Positions 19,187 through 27,630 of a DNA stretch of 64,000 nucleotides are shown one piece after another. The DNA lies in the NCBI GenBank assembly GCA_002448815.1, contig DKAJ01000003.1, forward strand, positions 175,892 to 239,891, read 5' to 3'. Made by a program: the position numbers and the translations under genes. Origin of the DNA: Micavibrio sp. UBA6929. Its GTDB lineage: Bacteria > Pseudomonadota > Alphaproteobacteria > Micavibrionales > Micavibrionaceae. Numbering within the stretch: the first letter of the stretch is position 1; every line of letters starts with the position of its first letter. The notes under the pieces were generated by a model. The model saw nothing but the letters and a program-made list of their open reading frames with translations. It was not told where the DNA came from and did no database searches.

Positions 19187-22100
19187 ATGGCTAATCAAAC
19201 GCAATATGCTAAGACAATCGATGTTTCTTCTAGTAAGGGGTATACATTTGATTTTAACGAAAGTGACATTGTCAGTGTTACATATCTTAGTAACGATCAA
19301 GCGATGATTCAGCTGGCCTCAGGCTCTTTATATCTTCTTAAAAATATTGATGGTTTGTCTTCAGGTAATGCGCCGGTCGTATTTAATGACGGCACTGCGC
19401 TGAATTCTCAGACGCTGTCTTTACACTCTATGATTAGCTCGACAAGTTCTGTCTTGTCAGGTGATCAGCCTGAAACATTGCAGGCGCCTGATGCGCCAGA
19501 GGTGAAGACAATCACGGTTGATCGTTTGACTCCTTTATCACTTGGCGTTGAGTTTGTTGACATTCAATCTGTACACAGCGGCGATAATGAAGTGATTTTG
19601 ACGTTGAATAACGGTCAGAAAATTGTCTTGGAAAATGTTGCCGAAGTTATGGCTGAGAACCCAGAAGTTGCGGTTTTCTTGAACAACGAAGTGATGACGT
19701 TGCAAGATCTTGTTACGGCGCTGAATGTTGATACAGGGTTGTTTGAAGTTCAGGTTGCTTCTTTGGCGGAAGAGCTTGCGATTATCGAACCGGCAGCGGG
19801 CGAAACATCTGGCGCGCAAAATTCTGGTTTTACATTTCAGGATATTTCTTCTGCATCGTTTAACAATGGCCCAGCAGCCGTTGGCCCAATCGGCGCGACG
19901 AGCCTTGCTTATACGGCAACAACAACACAAGATGATGTGTTCCGCGTTACATTTGACGAGCAAACTGGCGAGCCAATCTTCACAACGATTACAGCGCAAC
20001 CACCAACATTGACAGTCAATACAAATGGTTCAAATGCAGAAGTTTACGAAGATGGATCAATCTTTGTTCCTATTACGGCAAGTTTGAACGATACAGATGG
20101 TGGTTCTGAAACGCTTTCTTTGACATTGAGCGGCATTCCTGCGGGCTGGGGTTTTTCTGGCGCGGGCTGGACGGATAATGGCAATGGCACATATACCTAT
20201 GACGGTTTGGCAGCAGGTCAGGATTACAGCGGCGGTATTACATTGACACCACCAGCGGACAGCGATGTTGACTTGTCAGGTTTGACCGTTGTTGCCACAG
20301 CAACAGAAAGCAACGGTGATACGGCGACAGCAACGCAAAGCATTGATGTGATCGTTGATGCGGTTGCGGATGCGCCAATTATTACAGTGACAGATGCGTC
20401 TGGTTCGACAAGCTCTAGTAGCTCATCTTCAAGCTCTAGCAGTTCTTCATCGAGTGGTTCATCTTCAAGCTCTAGCAGCTCGTCTTCTAGTGGTTCATCA
20501 TCTTCAAGCTCTAGTAGCTCATCATCAAGCGGTTCGTCTTCAAGTTCTAGTAGTAGCTCGTCTTCTGGCTTTAGCGGCGCAGAGGATAGTGATATTGCGT
20601 TGGATATTTCTGTGGCGTTGACCGATACAGATGGATCGGAGAGCATTACAGCAATTTATATCAGCAATGTTCCTGCGGGCTTTACATTTTCGGCTGGTAC
20701 GAATGAAGGCAATGGGGTTTGGTCGTTTACGCAGGCCGAGCTTAACGGTTTGACGATTTCATCGCCAACAGGTTATGCGGGTACGATTAACTTGCTCGTA
20801 AGCGCGACATCGACAGAAACAAATGTTTCTGACGCCGAGCTAACATTGACGAATAATGACGCAACATCTACGGCGCCATTTTCTGTGACGTGGGATGCTG
20901 GTTCGGATGCGCAGCCACCAAGTCTAACAGTCAATACAGATGGTTCTGATGCGGAAGTTTACGAAGATGGATCAATCTTTGTTCCTATTACGGCAAGCCT
21001 GAATGATACAGATGGCTCAGAAACGCTGTCTTTGACGTTGAGCGGCATTCCTGCGGGCTGGGGTTTTTCTGGCGCGGGCTGGACGGATAATGGTAACGGG
21101 ACATACACTTATGATGGTCTTTCTGCGGGTCAGGATTACAGCGGCGGTATTACTTTGTCACCACCAGCGGATAGCGATGTTGATCTATCGGGTTTGACAG
21201 TTGTTGCGACTGCGACAGAGAGCAACGGTGAAACAGCCACAGCAACGCAAAGCATTGATGTGATCGTTGATGCGGTTGCGGATGCGCCGATCATTCAAGT
21301 GAATGATGTTTCTGGCGGTACGATTAGTGGCGGTTCATCGTCTTCAAGCTCTAGCAGCTCTTCGTCTTCTGGCGGTTCGTCATCTTCAAGCTCTAGCAGC
21401 TCTTCATCTTCTAGCGGTTCGTCGTCTTCAAGTTCTAGCAGCTCTTCATCATCTAGCGGCTCATCGTCTTCATCAAGCTCTAGCAGCGCATCATCTGGCG
21501 GTAGCGGCGCAGAAGACAGTGATATTCCATTGGGCATTTCAGTGGCTTTGACCGATACGGATGGATCGGAAAGCATTACTGCGATTTACATTACAAATGT
21601 TCCTGCAGGTTTCTCGTTCTCGGCGGGTACAGATATGGGTGCAGGTGTGTGGTCATTTACCGAGGCGGAATTGCGTGGTTTGACGATTTCACCGCCTCCT
21701 GGTTATACGGGTACAATTGATTTGTTTGTTCGTGCAACATCAACAGAGACAAATGTTTCTGACACTGAGCTAACACTGACAAACAACGAAGCCACAACAA
21801 CAGAGGCCTTTTCTGTGACATGGGGCGGCGATGCAGATACGCCAAACCTGACAGTGAATACAAATGGTTCTGATGCGCAGGTTTATGAAGATAATTCTGT
21901 TTACGTACCAATTTCTGCAAGTTTGAATGATGCAGATGGTTCTGAAACACTGTCTTTAACAGTCAGCGGCATTCCTGCAGGCTGGGGCGTGTCTGGCGCG
22001 GGCTGGACTGCGAATGGTAACGGCACTTATAGCTATAATGGCTTGGCTGCTGGTGCGAATTATAACGGCGGTATTACGCTGACACCACCGGCAGACAGCG

Positions 22101-24190
22101 ACGTTGATTTGCCAAATCTGACAGTTGTTGCAACTGCGACAGAAAGCAATGGCGATACGGCCACAGCAACGCAAACAATTGACGTTGACGTTGATGCGGT
22201 TGCAGACGCGCCAAGCGTTTCTGTAAGCTTGAGCGGCGGATCAAACGGCGCAGGCAGCACAGTTGACTTCGATTTGTCAGTTGCGCTGAATGATACGGAT
22301 GGTTCGGAAGAGATTTCATCAATTCTTGTGCAGGGTGTTCCTGCAGGGTTTACATTCTCTGCCGGTACAGATATGGGCGCAGGTGTATGGTCATTCACAC
22401 CAGACGATCTTAACGGTTTGACCCTTACACCAACCAACGATTACAGCGGTACGCTCAACCTTACTGTGGTTGCGACATCAACAGAAACGAACCTGTCTGG
22501 TGAAGAGGTTACACTGGCTAATAACAGTGCTTCGACATCGGCAAGCGTATCTGTAAGCTGGGACGCAGCAGATGATCAGTTTGAGGTTGGTCCAAATACG
22601 AACACAACACTGACAGGTGCAAGCGGTAATGACATCTTTGTTGGTGATACTGGCGGTTCGGTCGTGACGCAGCCTGATCAAGATTATAACTTGAACATTA
22701 TCGTTGATACCAGCGGATCACTGCAAAGCCAGTGGGATATGGTTCAAAATGCGATTGAAAGCCTGCTTCAGGAAGTTGGCCAGTATGATGGCGGCGATAT
22801 TCATGTGAACTTGATCCCATTTGCACCAGTTGTCACAAATGATGTGACAGGCGGTTCATCGTCTTCAAGCTCTAGCAGTTCGTCATCTTCGGGTGGATCG
22901 TCTTCAAGCTCTAGCAGCTCGAGCAGTTCATCATCAGGCAGTAGCTCGTCTTCATCAAGCTCTAGTAGCTCGTCATCTTCGGGTGGATCATCTTCAAGCT
23001 CTAGCAGCTCGAGCAGTTCATCGTCTGGTACTGGCTATGACTATTTCAACGGTGATGTTGAGCCAAGCAGCCATTATGTGACGCAAACAAACGGCTTGAA
23101 CGCGCTGGTTGATTTTATCAATAACCAGGTGTCTTACGGATCGACAAACTTTGAAGCAGTCTTATCTGCGGCGATTGATATTATTGATCAAAACTCAATT
23201 GATAATGCGGCGACATATACGTTCTTTATCTCTGATGGTGCGGCCAATGCCTATACTGACAGTGATGGTACGGTTGAATTTACACCATACCCATCAGATA
23301 GCGCAGTGCCAGGCGGTACGAATATTGACGTTGAAGATCAAATCAACGGCAGTGCAGACGGATCAAATGAGATCGGCGGCTTGCAAGCAACAAGCGATGA
23401 GGTTTTCAGCATTATTGTTGGTTCACCATCCGCGTCAGAGCAAGACATCATGGATGCAATCGATTCAAATGGTTCTTCTGATTACCTGACAACAGATAAC
23501 GGTCTGGATGGGTATGCGAACCTGTTTAATGCGGCTGCGATTGTTGTTGAACTTGCCGATGCAGGCAGTGACACAATTACAGGGTCAGGCGGTGATGATA
23601 TCTTGTTTGGTGATGTTTTGTTCACTGACGAGCTTGCCGATGATAATGGTATTATAGCTGATGATGGCGCGGGCTTTAGAGTCTTTGAGATGCTTGAAGC
23701 GACTTCAGGTTGGGATCGTGATGACACGATTGAATACATTGAAAATAATGCGGTGACGCTTGCGAAAGAATCGAACATTAACGGTGAAGTACGCGGCGGT
23801 GGCCATGACCATATTTATGGCGGCGACGGTAACGATACTATCTTTGGCCAAGAAGGAAATGATTATATTTCTGGTGGTAATGGTAATGATGATCTTTACG
23901 GCGGCAGTGGCGCAGACACATTTGCCCTAGGTGGTACAGGCGTTGATACGATCCATGATTTCTCGATTGCGCAAAATGACGTGATTGACTTGTCATCATA
24001 CCTCAGCGGCTATAACCCGACGCAAGATGCGATTACTGATTTTGTGCGCATCACAACAAGCGGCCAAAACAGCATTGTTTCTATCAGTGAAAATGGCAAT
24101 GGTCAGTTCACAACAGTTGCGACTATTGAAGGTGTGACTGGTTTGACGAACGAGCAATCATTACTGAATGACGGCACAATTGTTGTGTAA
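19187..24190 (+). CDS. giant secreted adhesin-like protein: six T1SS-143-like repeat subdomains, poly-Ser tracts, vWA/MIDAS domain, short RTX block and type I secretion C-terminal target domain
   Basis: 1667 aa with no signal peptide. Repeated ...DTDGSE...DAVADAP modules. DTSGS MIDAS motif (nt 22705-22719). GGDGNDTIFGQEGNDYISGGNGNDDLYGGSGADTF. The C-terminal ...DVIDLSSYL...IVV resembles the VC_A0849-type T1SS target domain. Confidence 0.8.
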   Translation: MANQTQYAKTIDVSSSKGYTFDFNESDIVSVTYLSNDQAMIQLASGSLYLLKNIDGLSSGNAPVVFNDGTALNSQTLSLHSMISSTSSVLSGDQPETLQAPDAPEVKTITVDRLTPLSLGVEFVDIQSVHSGDNEVILTLNNGQKIVLENVAEVMAENPEVAVFLNNEVMTLQDLVTALNVDTGLFEVQVASLAEELAIIEPAAGETSGAQNSGFTFQDISSASFNNGPAAVGPIGATSLAYTATTTQDDVFRVTFDEQTGEPIFTTITAQPPTLTVNTNGSNAEVYEDGSIFVPITASLNDTDGGSETLSLTLSGIPAGWGFSGAGWTDNGNGTYTYDGLAAGQDYSGGITLTPPADSDVDLSGLTVVATATESNGDTATATQSIDVIVDAVADAPIITVTDASGSTSSSSSSSSSSSSSSSGSSSSSSSSSSSGSSSSSSSSSSSSGSSSSSSSSSSSGFSGAEDSDIALDISVALTDTDGSESITAIYISNVPAGFTFSAGTNEGNGVWSFTQAELNGLTISSPTGYAGTINLLVSATSTETNVSDAELTLTNNDATSTAPFSVTWDAGSDAQPPSLTVNTDGSDAEVYEDGSIFVPITASLNDTDGSETLSLTLSGIPAGWGFSGAGWTDNGNGTYTYDGLSAGQDYSGGITLSPPADSDVDLSGLTVVATATESNGETATATQSIDVIVDAVADAPIIQVNDVSGGTISGGSSSSSSSSSSSSGGSSSSSSSSSSSSSGSSSSSSSSSSSSSGSSSSSSSSSASSGGSGAEDSDIPLGISVALTDTDGSESITAIYITNVPAGFSFSAGTDMGAGVWSFTEAELRGLTISPPPGYTGTIDLFVRATSTETNVSDTELTLTNNEATTTEAFSVTWGGDADTPNLTVNTNGSDAQVYEDNSVYVPISASLNDADGSETLSLTVSGIPAGWGVSGAGWTANGNGTYSYNGLAAGANYNGGITLTPPADSDVDLPNLTVVATATESNGDTATATQTIDVDVDAVADAPSVSVSLSGGSNGAGSTVDFDLSVALNDTDGSEEISSILVQGVPAGFTFSAGTDMGAGVWSFTPDDLNGLTLTPTNDYSGTLNLTVVATSTETNLSGEEVTLANNSASTSASVSVSWDAADDQFEVGPNTNTTLTGASGNDIFVGDTGGSVVTQPDQDYNLNIIVDTSGSLQSQWDMVQNAIESLLQEVGQYDGGDIHVNLIPFAPVVTNDVTGGSSSSSSSSSSSSGGSSSSSSSSSSSSSGSSSSSSSSSSSSSSGGSSSSSSSSSSSSSGTGYDYFNGDVEPSSHYVTQTNGLNALVDFINNQVSYGSTNFEAVLSAAIDIIDQNSIDNAATYTFFISDGAANAYTDSDGTVEFTPYPSDSAVPGGTNIDVEDQINGSADGSNEIGGLQATSDEVFSIIVGSPSASEQDIMDAIDSNGSSDYLTTDNGLDGYANLFNAAAIVVELADAGSDTITGSGGDDILFGDVLFTDELADDNGIIADDGAGFRVFEMLEATSGWDRDDTIEYIENNAVTLAKESNINGEVRGGGHDHIYGGDGNDTIFGQEGNDYISGGNGNDDLYGGSGADTFALGGTGVDTIHDFSIAQNDVIDLSSYLSGYNPTQDAITDFVRITTSGQNSIVSISENGNGQFTTVATIEGVTGLTNEQSLLNDGTIVV
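20406..20568 (+). repeat. poly-Ser(Gly) coding cassette 1
   Basis: About 50 residues of S11-13 blocks separated by G. Contains the 20-mer TCTTCAAGCTCTAGCAGCTC (20462-20481). Confidence 0.9.
21329..21506 (+). repeat. poly-Ser(Gly) coding cassette 2
   Basis: Same organisation as cassette 1. The 20-mer occurs at 21341-21360 and 21383-21402. Confidence 0.9.
22851..23029 (+). repeat. poly-Ser(Gly) coding cassette 3, inside the vWA domain
   Basis: The same 20-mer occurs at 22902-22921 and 22992-23011. There is an internal 90-nt direct duplication (22881-22940 versus 22971-23030). Confidence 0.9.
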
Positions 24191-24218
24191 ATAAGTTTCC
24201 TAGATCGTGAACGAAGAA

Positions 24219-24251
24219 GGCCGAGGGATTTATATCTCTCGGTCTTTTTTA
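24219..24251 (+). terminator. rho-independent terminator after the giant adhesin gene
   Basis: GGCCGAGGGAtttatatCTCTCGGTC stem with one mismatch, followed by TTTTTT. Confidence 0.6.
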
Positions 24252-24273
24252 TTGCGCTGGGCGGGGAGGGGCG

Positions 24274-25110
24274 TTATTCGGCGTCGTCTTCGAGGAACCA
24301 GTTTTCGCTAGCGGCGATAAACTCGGGGTTGAGCATATCGCGCTCGGTATGGCCGTATGTGAAGGCCGTGCCATCAGTTTGCACCAGGCATCCGCCCGCA
24401 GCATTAAGGACAGCGTGCGCGGCGGCGGTGTCCCATTCGCATGTCGGGCCAAGGCGCGGGTAAAGGTCGGCTTTGCCTTCTGCGATGGCGCAGATTTTCA
24501 GAGAGCTTCCACGGCGCATGAGCTTATTGATCTTGAATGACTCAAGCAATTTTTCCATGCGCTCATTATCGCCGTGCGATTTGCTGGCTACAACGGTTAG
24601 GCCGTTTTTAGGGGCGCTGCGCACGTGAATGGATTTGTCTTGATCTGTTTCTTCGCTCCAGCGGATGGCGCTGCCTGCGGCGTGACCTGCATATAAAACG
24701 CCTGTTACAGGAACAAAGACAACGCCCATTACAGGCGTGTCGCCTTTGATAAGGGCGATATTTACGGTGAAATCTGATCCGCCTTGGATGAATTCTTTTG
24801 TGCCGTCTAGTGGATCAACTAGCCAGAAATATTCTCCTTGAGAAAGGTTAGGCATTTTGCCGGCTTCTTTGGATTCTTCACCGACCATTGGGATGTCTGG
24901 TGTGATGCTGGCTAGTTCTTTGGCGATGTATTCTTCGGCCTTTTGATCGGCCAGACTAACGGGGGATCCATCACCTTTTGTTTCGACGTTCAGGTTGCCC
25001 ATCTCGTAATAATCAAGGGTAATGTCGCCAGCCTGCACGGCAATGCGGCGCACCATGTTGCATAATGCGGGCAGGTTCGCGAGGAGCTTTGCTGATAAAG
25101 GGTGTCCCAT
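24274..25110 (-). CDS. cysQ: 3'(2'),5'-bisphosphate nucleotidase (PAP phosphatase)
   Basis: WLVDPLDGTKEFI and FTVNIALI, in the IMPase-fold CysQ pattern. The start codon shares one nucleotide with the ugd stop (TAATG). Confidence 0.85.
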   Translation of the reverse strand: MGHPLSAKLLANLPALCNMVRRIAVQAGDITLDYYEMGNLNVETKGDGSPVSLADQKAEEYIAKELASITPDIPMVGEESKEAGKMPNLSQGEYFWLVDPLDGTKEFIQGGSDFTVNIALIKGDTPVMGVVFVPVTGVLYAGHAAGSAIRWSEETDQDKSIHVRSAPKNGLTVVASKSHGDNERMEKLLESFKINKLMRRGSSLKICAIAEGKADLYPRLGPTCEWDTAAAHAVLNAAGGCLVQTDGTAFTYGHTERDMLNPEFIAASENWFLEDDAE

Positions 25111-26462
25111 TATTGTGCAACTTCTTTTAAGGCTGGCGTGCCTTGGTTTGCTTCAACCGCTGGACGGCCGATAGACACGTAATCAAAGCCGCGCGCGGCC
25201 ATGTCTTTGATTTTATAGATATTGCGCATGTCGATGATACGCTTTTCCGCCAGCAGGTCTTCTACGCGGTCAAGGTCAAGGGCGCGAAATTCGTTCCACT
25301 CGGTAATGATGGCAAGGGCATCGGCGCCTTCGATGGCTTCGTATGAATCCTTCGCCCATGTCACGTCAGAAAGGACTTTTGCCGCATTATCCATAGCAGC
25401 AGGATCAAAGGCCGAGATTTGCGCGCCAGCGGCTTGCAGGTGCGGGATGATTTGCAGGCTTGGTGCCTCGCGGATGTCATCTGTGCCAGGTTTAAATGAA
25501 ATGCCAAGTACGGCAATTTTTTTGCCTTTCACATCGCCGCCACATGTTTTCACAACAAGGTCAGCCATTTCCTGATGGCGCAGCGTGTTGATTTCGACAA
25601 CTTTTTCGACGATGCGTTGCGGCGCGCCGAATGTTTCGCCAATTTGCGTTAGGGCAAGAGTGTCCTTGGGGAAGCATGATCCGCCGTAGCCTGGGCCAGC
25701 GTGCAGGAATTTGCTGCCGATGCGGCCATCTAGGCCCATGCCGCGCGCAACTTCTTGGACGTTTGCGCCTGTTTTTTCGCACAGGTTTGCAATTTCGTTG
25801 ATGAAGGTGATCTTTGTCGCCAAGAAGGCATTGGCCGCATATTTGATTGTTTCAGATGTTTCCGGCGATGTGATGACCATCGGTGTTTCATTGATGTAAA
25901 GCGGGCGGTAAAGCGCTTTTAGCACATCTGTCGCGCGTTTAGAGCTTGATCCGATGACGACGCGGTCTGGGCGCATAAAGTCATTGATTGCGGCGCCTTC
26001 ACGCAGAAATTCTGGGTTTGAACAAATATCAAAATCACCATCAGGGCGTTCTTCGCGGACGATTTTTTCGACTTCGCGCGCTGTGCCGACAGGGACGGTC
26101 GATTTGGTCACGATCACTGTATAGCCATCCATGACGCGGGCGATTTCGCGCGCTGCTTGATAGACGTACGTCATATCCGCGTGACCGTCCTCTTCGCGTG
26201 GCGGTGTGCCAACAGCAATAAAGACTGCATCTGCGCCTTTGACGGCGTCTTCTAGGTTGGTTGTGAAGGAAAGGCGGCCTGCTTCGACCTGTTTTTTGAC
26301 CAATGTTTTTAGGCCGGGTTCGTAAATTGGGATTTCGCCGTTTTCTAGGCAGTCGATTTTGCTTTTGTCCTTATCGACGCAGATGACGTTGATGCCGAAT
26401 TCGGCAAAACATGTTCCAGAGACCAAGCCTACATAGCCTGTTCCAACCATTGCAATGCGCAT
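25110..26462 (-). CDS. ugd: UDP-glucose 6-dehydrogenase
   Basis: MRIAMVGTGYVGLVSGTCFAEFG Rossmann N-terminus and the GGSCFPKD catalytic-Cys motif. 450 aa. Confidence 0.9.
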   Translation of the reverse strand: MRIAMVGTGYVGLVSGTCFAEFGINVICVDKDKSKIDCLENGEIPIYEPGLKTLVKKQVEAGRLSFTTNLEDAVKGADAVFIAVGTPPREEDGHADMTYVYQAAREIARVMDGYTVIVTKSTVPVGTAREVEKIVREERPDGDFDICSNPEFLREGAAINDFMRPDRVVIGSSSKRATDVLKALYRPLYINETPMVITSPETSETIKYAANAFLATKITFINEIANLCEKTGANVQEVARGMGLDGRIGSKFLHAGPGYGGSCFPKDTLALTQIGETFGAPQRIVEKVVEINTLRHQEMADLVVKTCGGDVKGKKIAVLGISFKPGTDDIREAPSLQIIPHLQAAGAQISAFDPAAMDNAAKVLSDVTWAKDSYEAIEGADALAIITEWNEFRALDLDRVEDLLAEKRIIDMRNIYKIKDMAARGFDYVSIGRPAVEANQGTPALKEVAQ

Positions 26463-26579
26463 GAGATACTCCGTTCTTTGATCGTCCCAATTGTTGTTTG
26501 ACCATAGACCATTTTATGGCGCTGTAAAACGGTTTCTTGGGCTTTTCACAAAAACATGCCCAATTTGCAGATTGGAAAG

Positions 26580-26598
26580 CGTTTACAAATCGTTTACA
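26580..26598. promoter_or_regulatory. direct repeat CGTTTACA-N3-CGTTTACA (11-nt period) in the ugd/sapC divergent region, candidate winged-helix response-regulator site
   Basis: cGTTTACAaatcGTTTACAc is read directly from the sequence. It ends about 65 nt upstream of the SapC-family ATG. Confidence 0.3.
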
Positions 26599-26662
26599 CT
26601 TTCCGTGGTAGGGTAGTTTTTATCCTAGTTGTTTGTGAGATTATAAAGGGGACATATAGAAT

Positions 26663-27451
26663 ATGGCTAAGAGCAAAGAAACAGAGAATAAAGAAGAGGC
26701 AAAGGGCGCATCGTCTGCGTTTCCATTGTTTTACAGTGAGCCTCGACCACTTGATTCAGAGGCGCATAAAACACTGGCGCTAAAGGAAGGGTTAGGTTTT
26801 GGGTTTACTGATAAAGTGAATGCCGTGCCTGTGAACTTGGTAGAGATGCCGCAAATTTGCCATCATTATCCGATTGCCTTTAGTCCTGATGCGAATGCAA
26901 CGCCTGTTGCGATTTTGGGTTTGCGCGATGGTGAGAACCTGTTCGTTGATAAAGAGGGTAAATGGGCGGAAGGGGCGTATATTCCTGCATATATTCGCCG
27001 TTATCCTTTCATTTTTTCAGAAGTGCCTGAAAGCGATCAATTGACGCTTTGTATTGATTTCAAAGAAGGTGAAACCGTTCAAGAGGGCGGCGATAAAAAG
27101 TTCTTTGATGATGAAGGTAAGGCAACGGCGCTTGCGTCAAATGCGCTTGAGTTTTGTAAGTCATACCACGCGGCAGCGCAGCGCACAGCCGAATTTTCAA
27201 AAGAATTGCTGGCAAAAGATTTGCTGATCGAACGCCAGGCGCAAATTCAAGTTGGCAGTGATGTGCGTATTAACTTTAGCGGCTTTAAAATCGTTGATGA
27301 GAAAAAGCTAGCTGAACTTGATGATGCGACATTCCTTGAGTGGCGTAAAAAAGGCTGGTTGCCGTTTTTATATGCTCACTTATTCTCAGGCGTTCAGTGG
27401 CAGTCACTAAGCGGTGCGTTGTCTAAGATCCTTGAGGCTGAAAAAGCATAA
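26663..27451 (+). CDS. SapC-family protein
   Basis: 262 aa. PLDSEAHKTLALKE..., MPQICHHYPIAF and YIPAYIRRYPFIF match my recollection of the SapC (PF07277) family. Confidence 0.65.
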   Translation: MAKSKETENKEEAKGASSAFPLFYSEPRPLDSEAHKTLALKEGLGFGFTDKVNAVPVNLVEMPQICHHYPIAFSPDANATPVAILGLRDGENLFVDKEGKWAEGAYIPAYIRRYPFIFSEVPESDQLTLCIDFKEGETVQEGGDKKFFDDEGKATALASNALEFCKSYHAAAQRTAEFSKELLAKDLLIERQAQIQVGSDVRINFSGFKIVDEKKLAELDDATFLEWRKKGWLPFLYAHLFSGVQWQSLSGALSKILEAEKA

Positions 27452-27480
27452 GATTAAGATTTCTCTCTTAAGAATGAGGA

Positions 27481-27514
27481 AAAAGGCGTTAGGCATTGTT
27501 CTGGCGCCTTTTTT
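27481..27514 (+). terminator. probable rho-independent terminator after the SapC-family gene
   Basis: AAAAGGCG...CGCCTTTTTT, an 8-bp stem with a fairly large loop and a T-run. Confidence 0.4.
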
Positions 27515-27630
27515 GTTTGTGCACAGCTAGTTTCCGTTTTTATGTCATATAATCTTGCGTTTTTTAGAGTCGCTATGCTAAGTCTAATCCCAAGATAGCA
27601 CAGTTTTAAGGAAAATAAGGGTTTTCAAAC

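Larger units (their letters stand above)
20000..22578 (+). repeat. three tandem ~0.92-kb coding units (starts ~20000, 20915, 21839), the first two near-identical at nucleotide level
   Basis: PPTLTVNTNGSNAEVYEDGSIFVPITASLNDTDG..., PPSLTVNTDGSDAEVYEDGSIFVPITASLNDTDG... and PNLTVNTNGSDAQVYEDNSVYVPISASLNDADG... The periods by hand count are 915 and 924 nt. Confidence 0.85.

Noticed and set aside
20224-20646. Long antisense ORFs across the poly-Ser cassettes (for example 20224-20646 and 21295-21576, encoding DELLELEDEPLDDELLELEDD...) and same-strand alternative-frame ORFs (20394-20621, 21303-21551, 22893-23081).
   Set aside because: They are mirror or frame-shifted images of the AGC/TCN serine repeats. 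The reverse complements of Ser codons are stop-free. Their ends coincide with the tract boundaries, and the sense frame continues into conserved domains.
21497-21504. GGCGGTAG, the ops/JUMPstart core used by RfaH upstream of polysaccharide operons.
   Set aside because: It lies inside the coding sequence of the giant adhesin (encoding ...SGGSG...), not in a 5' leader. A single 8-mer match is expected by chance.
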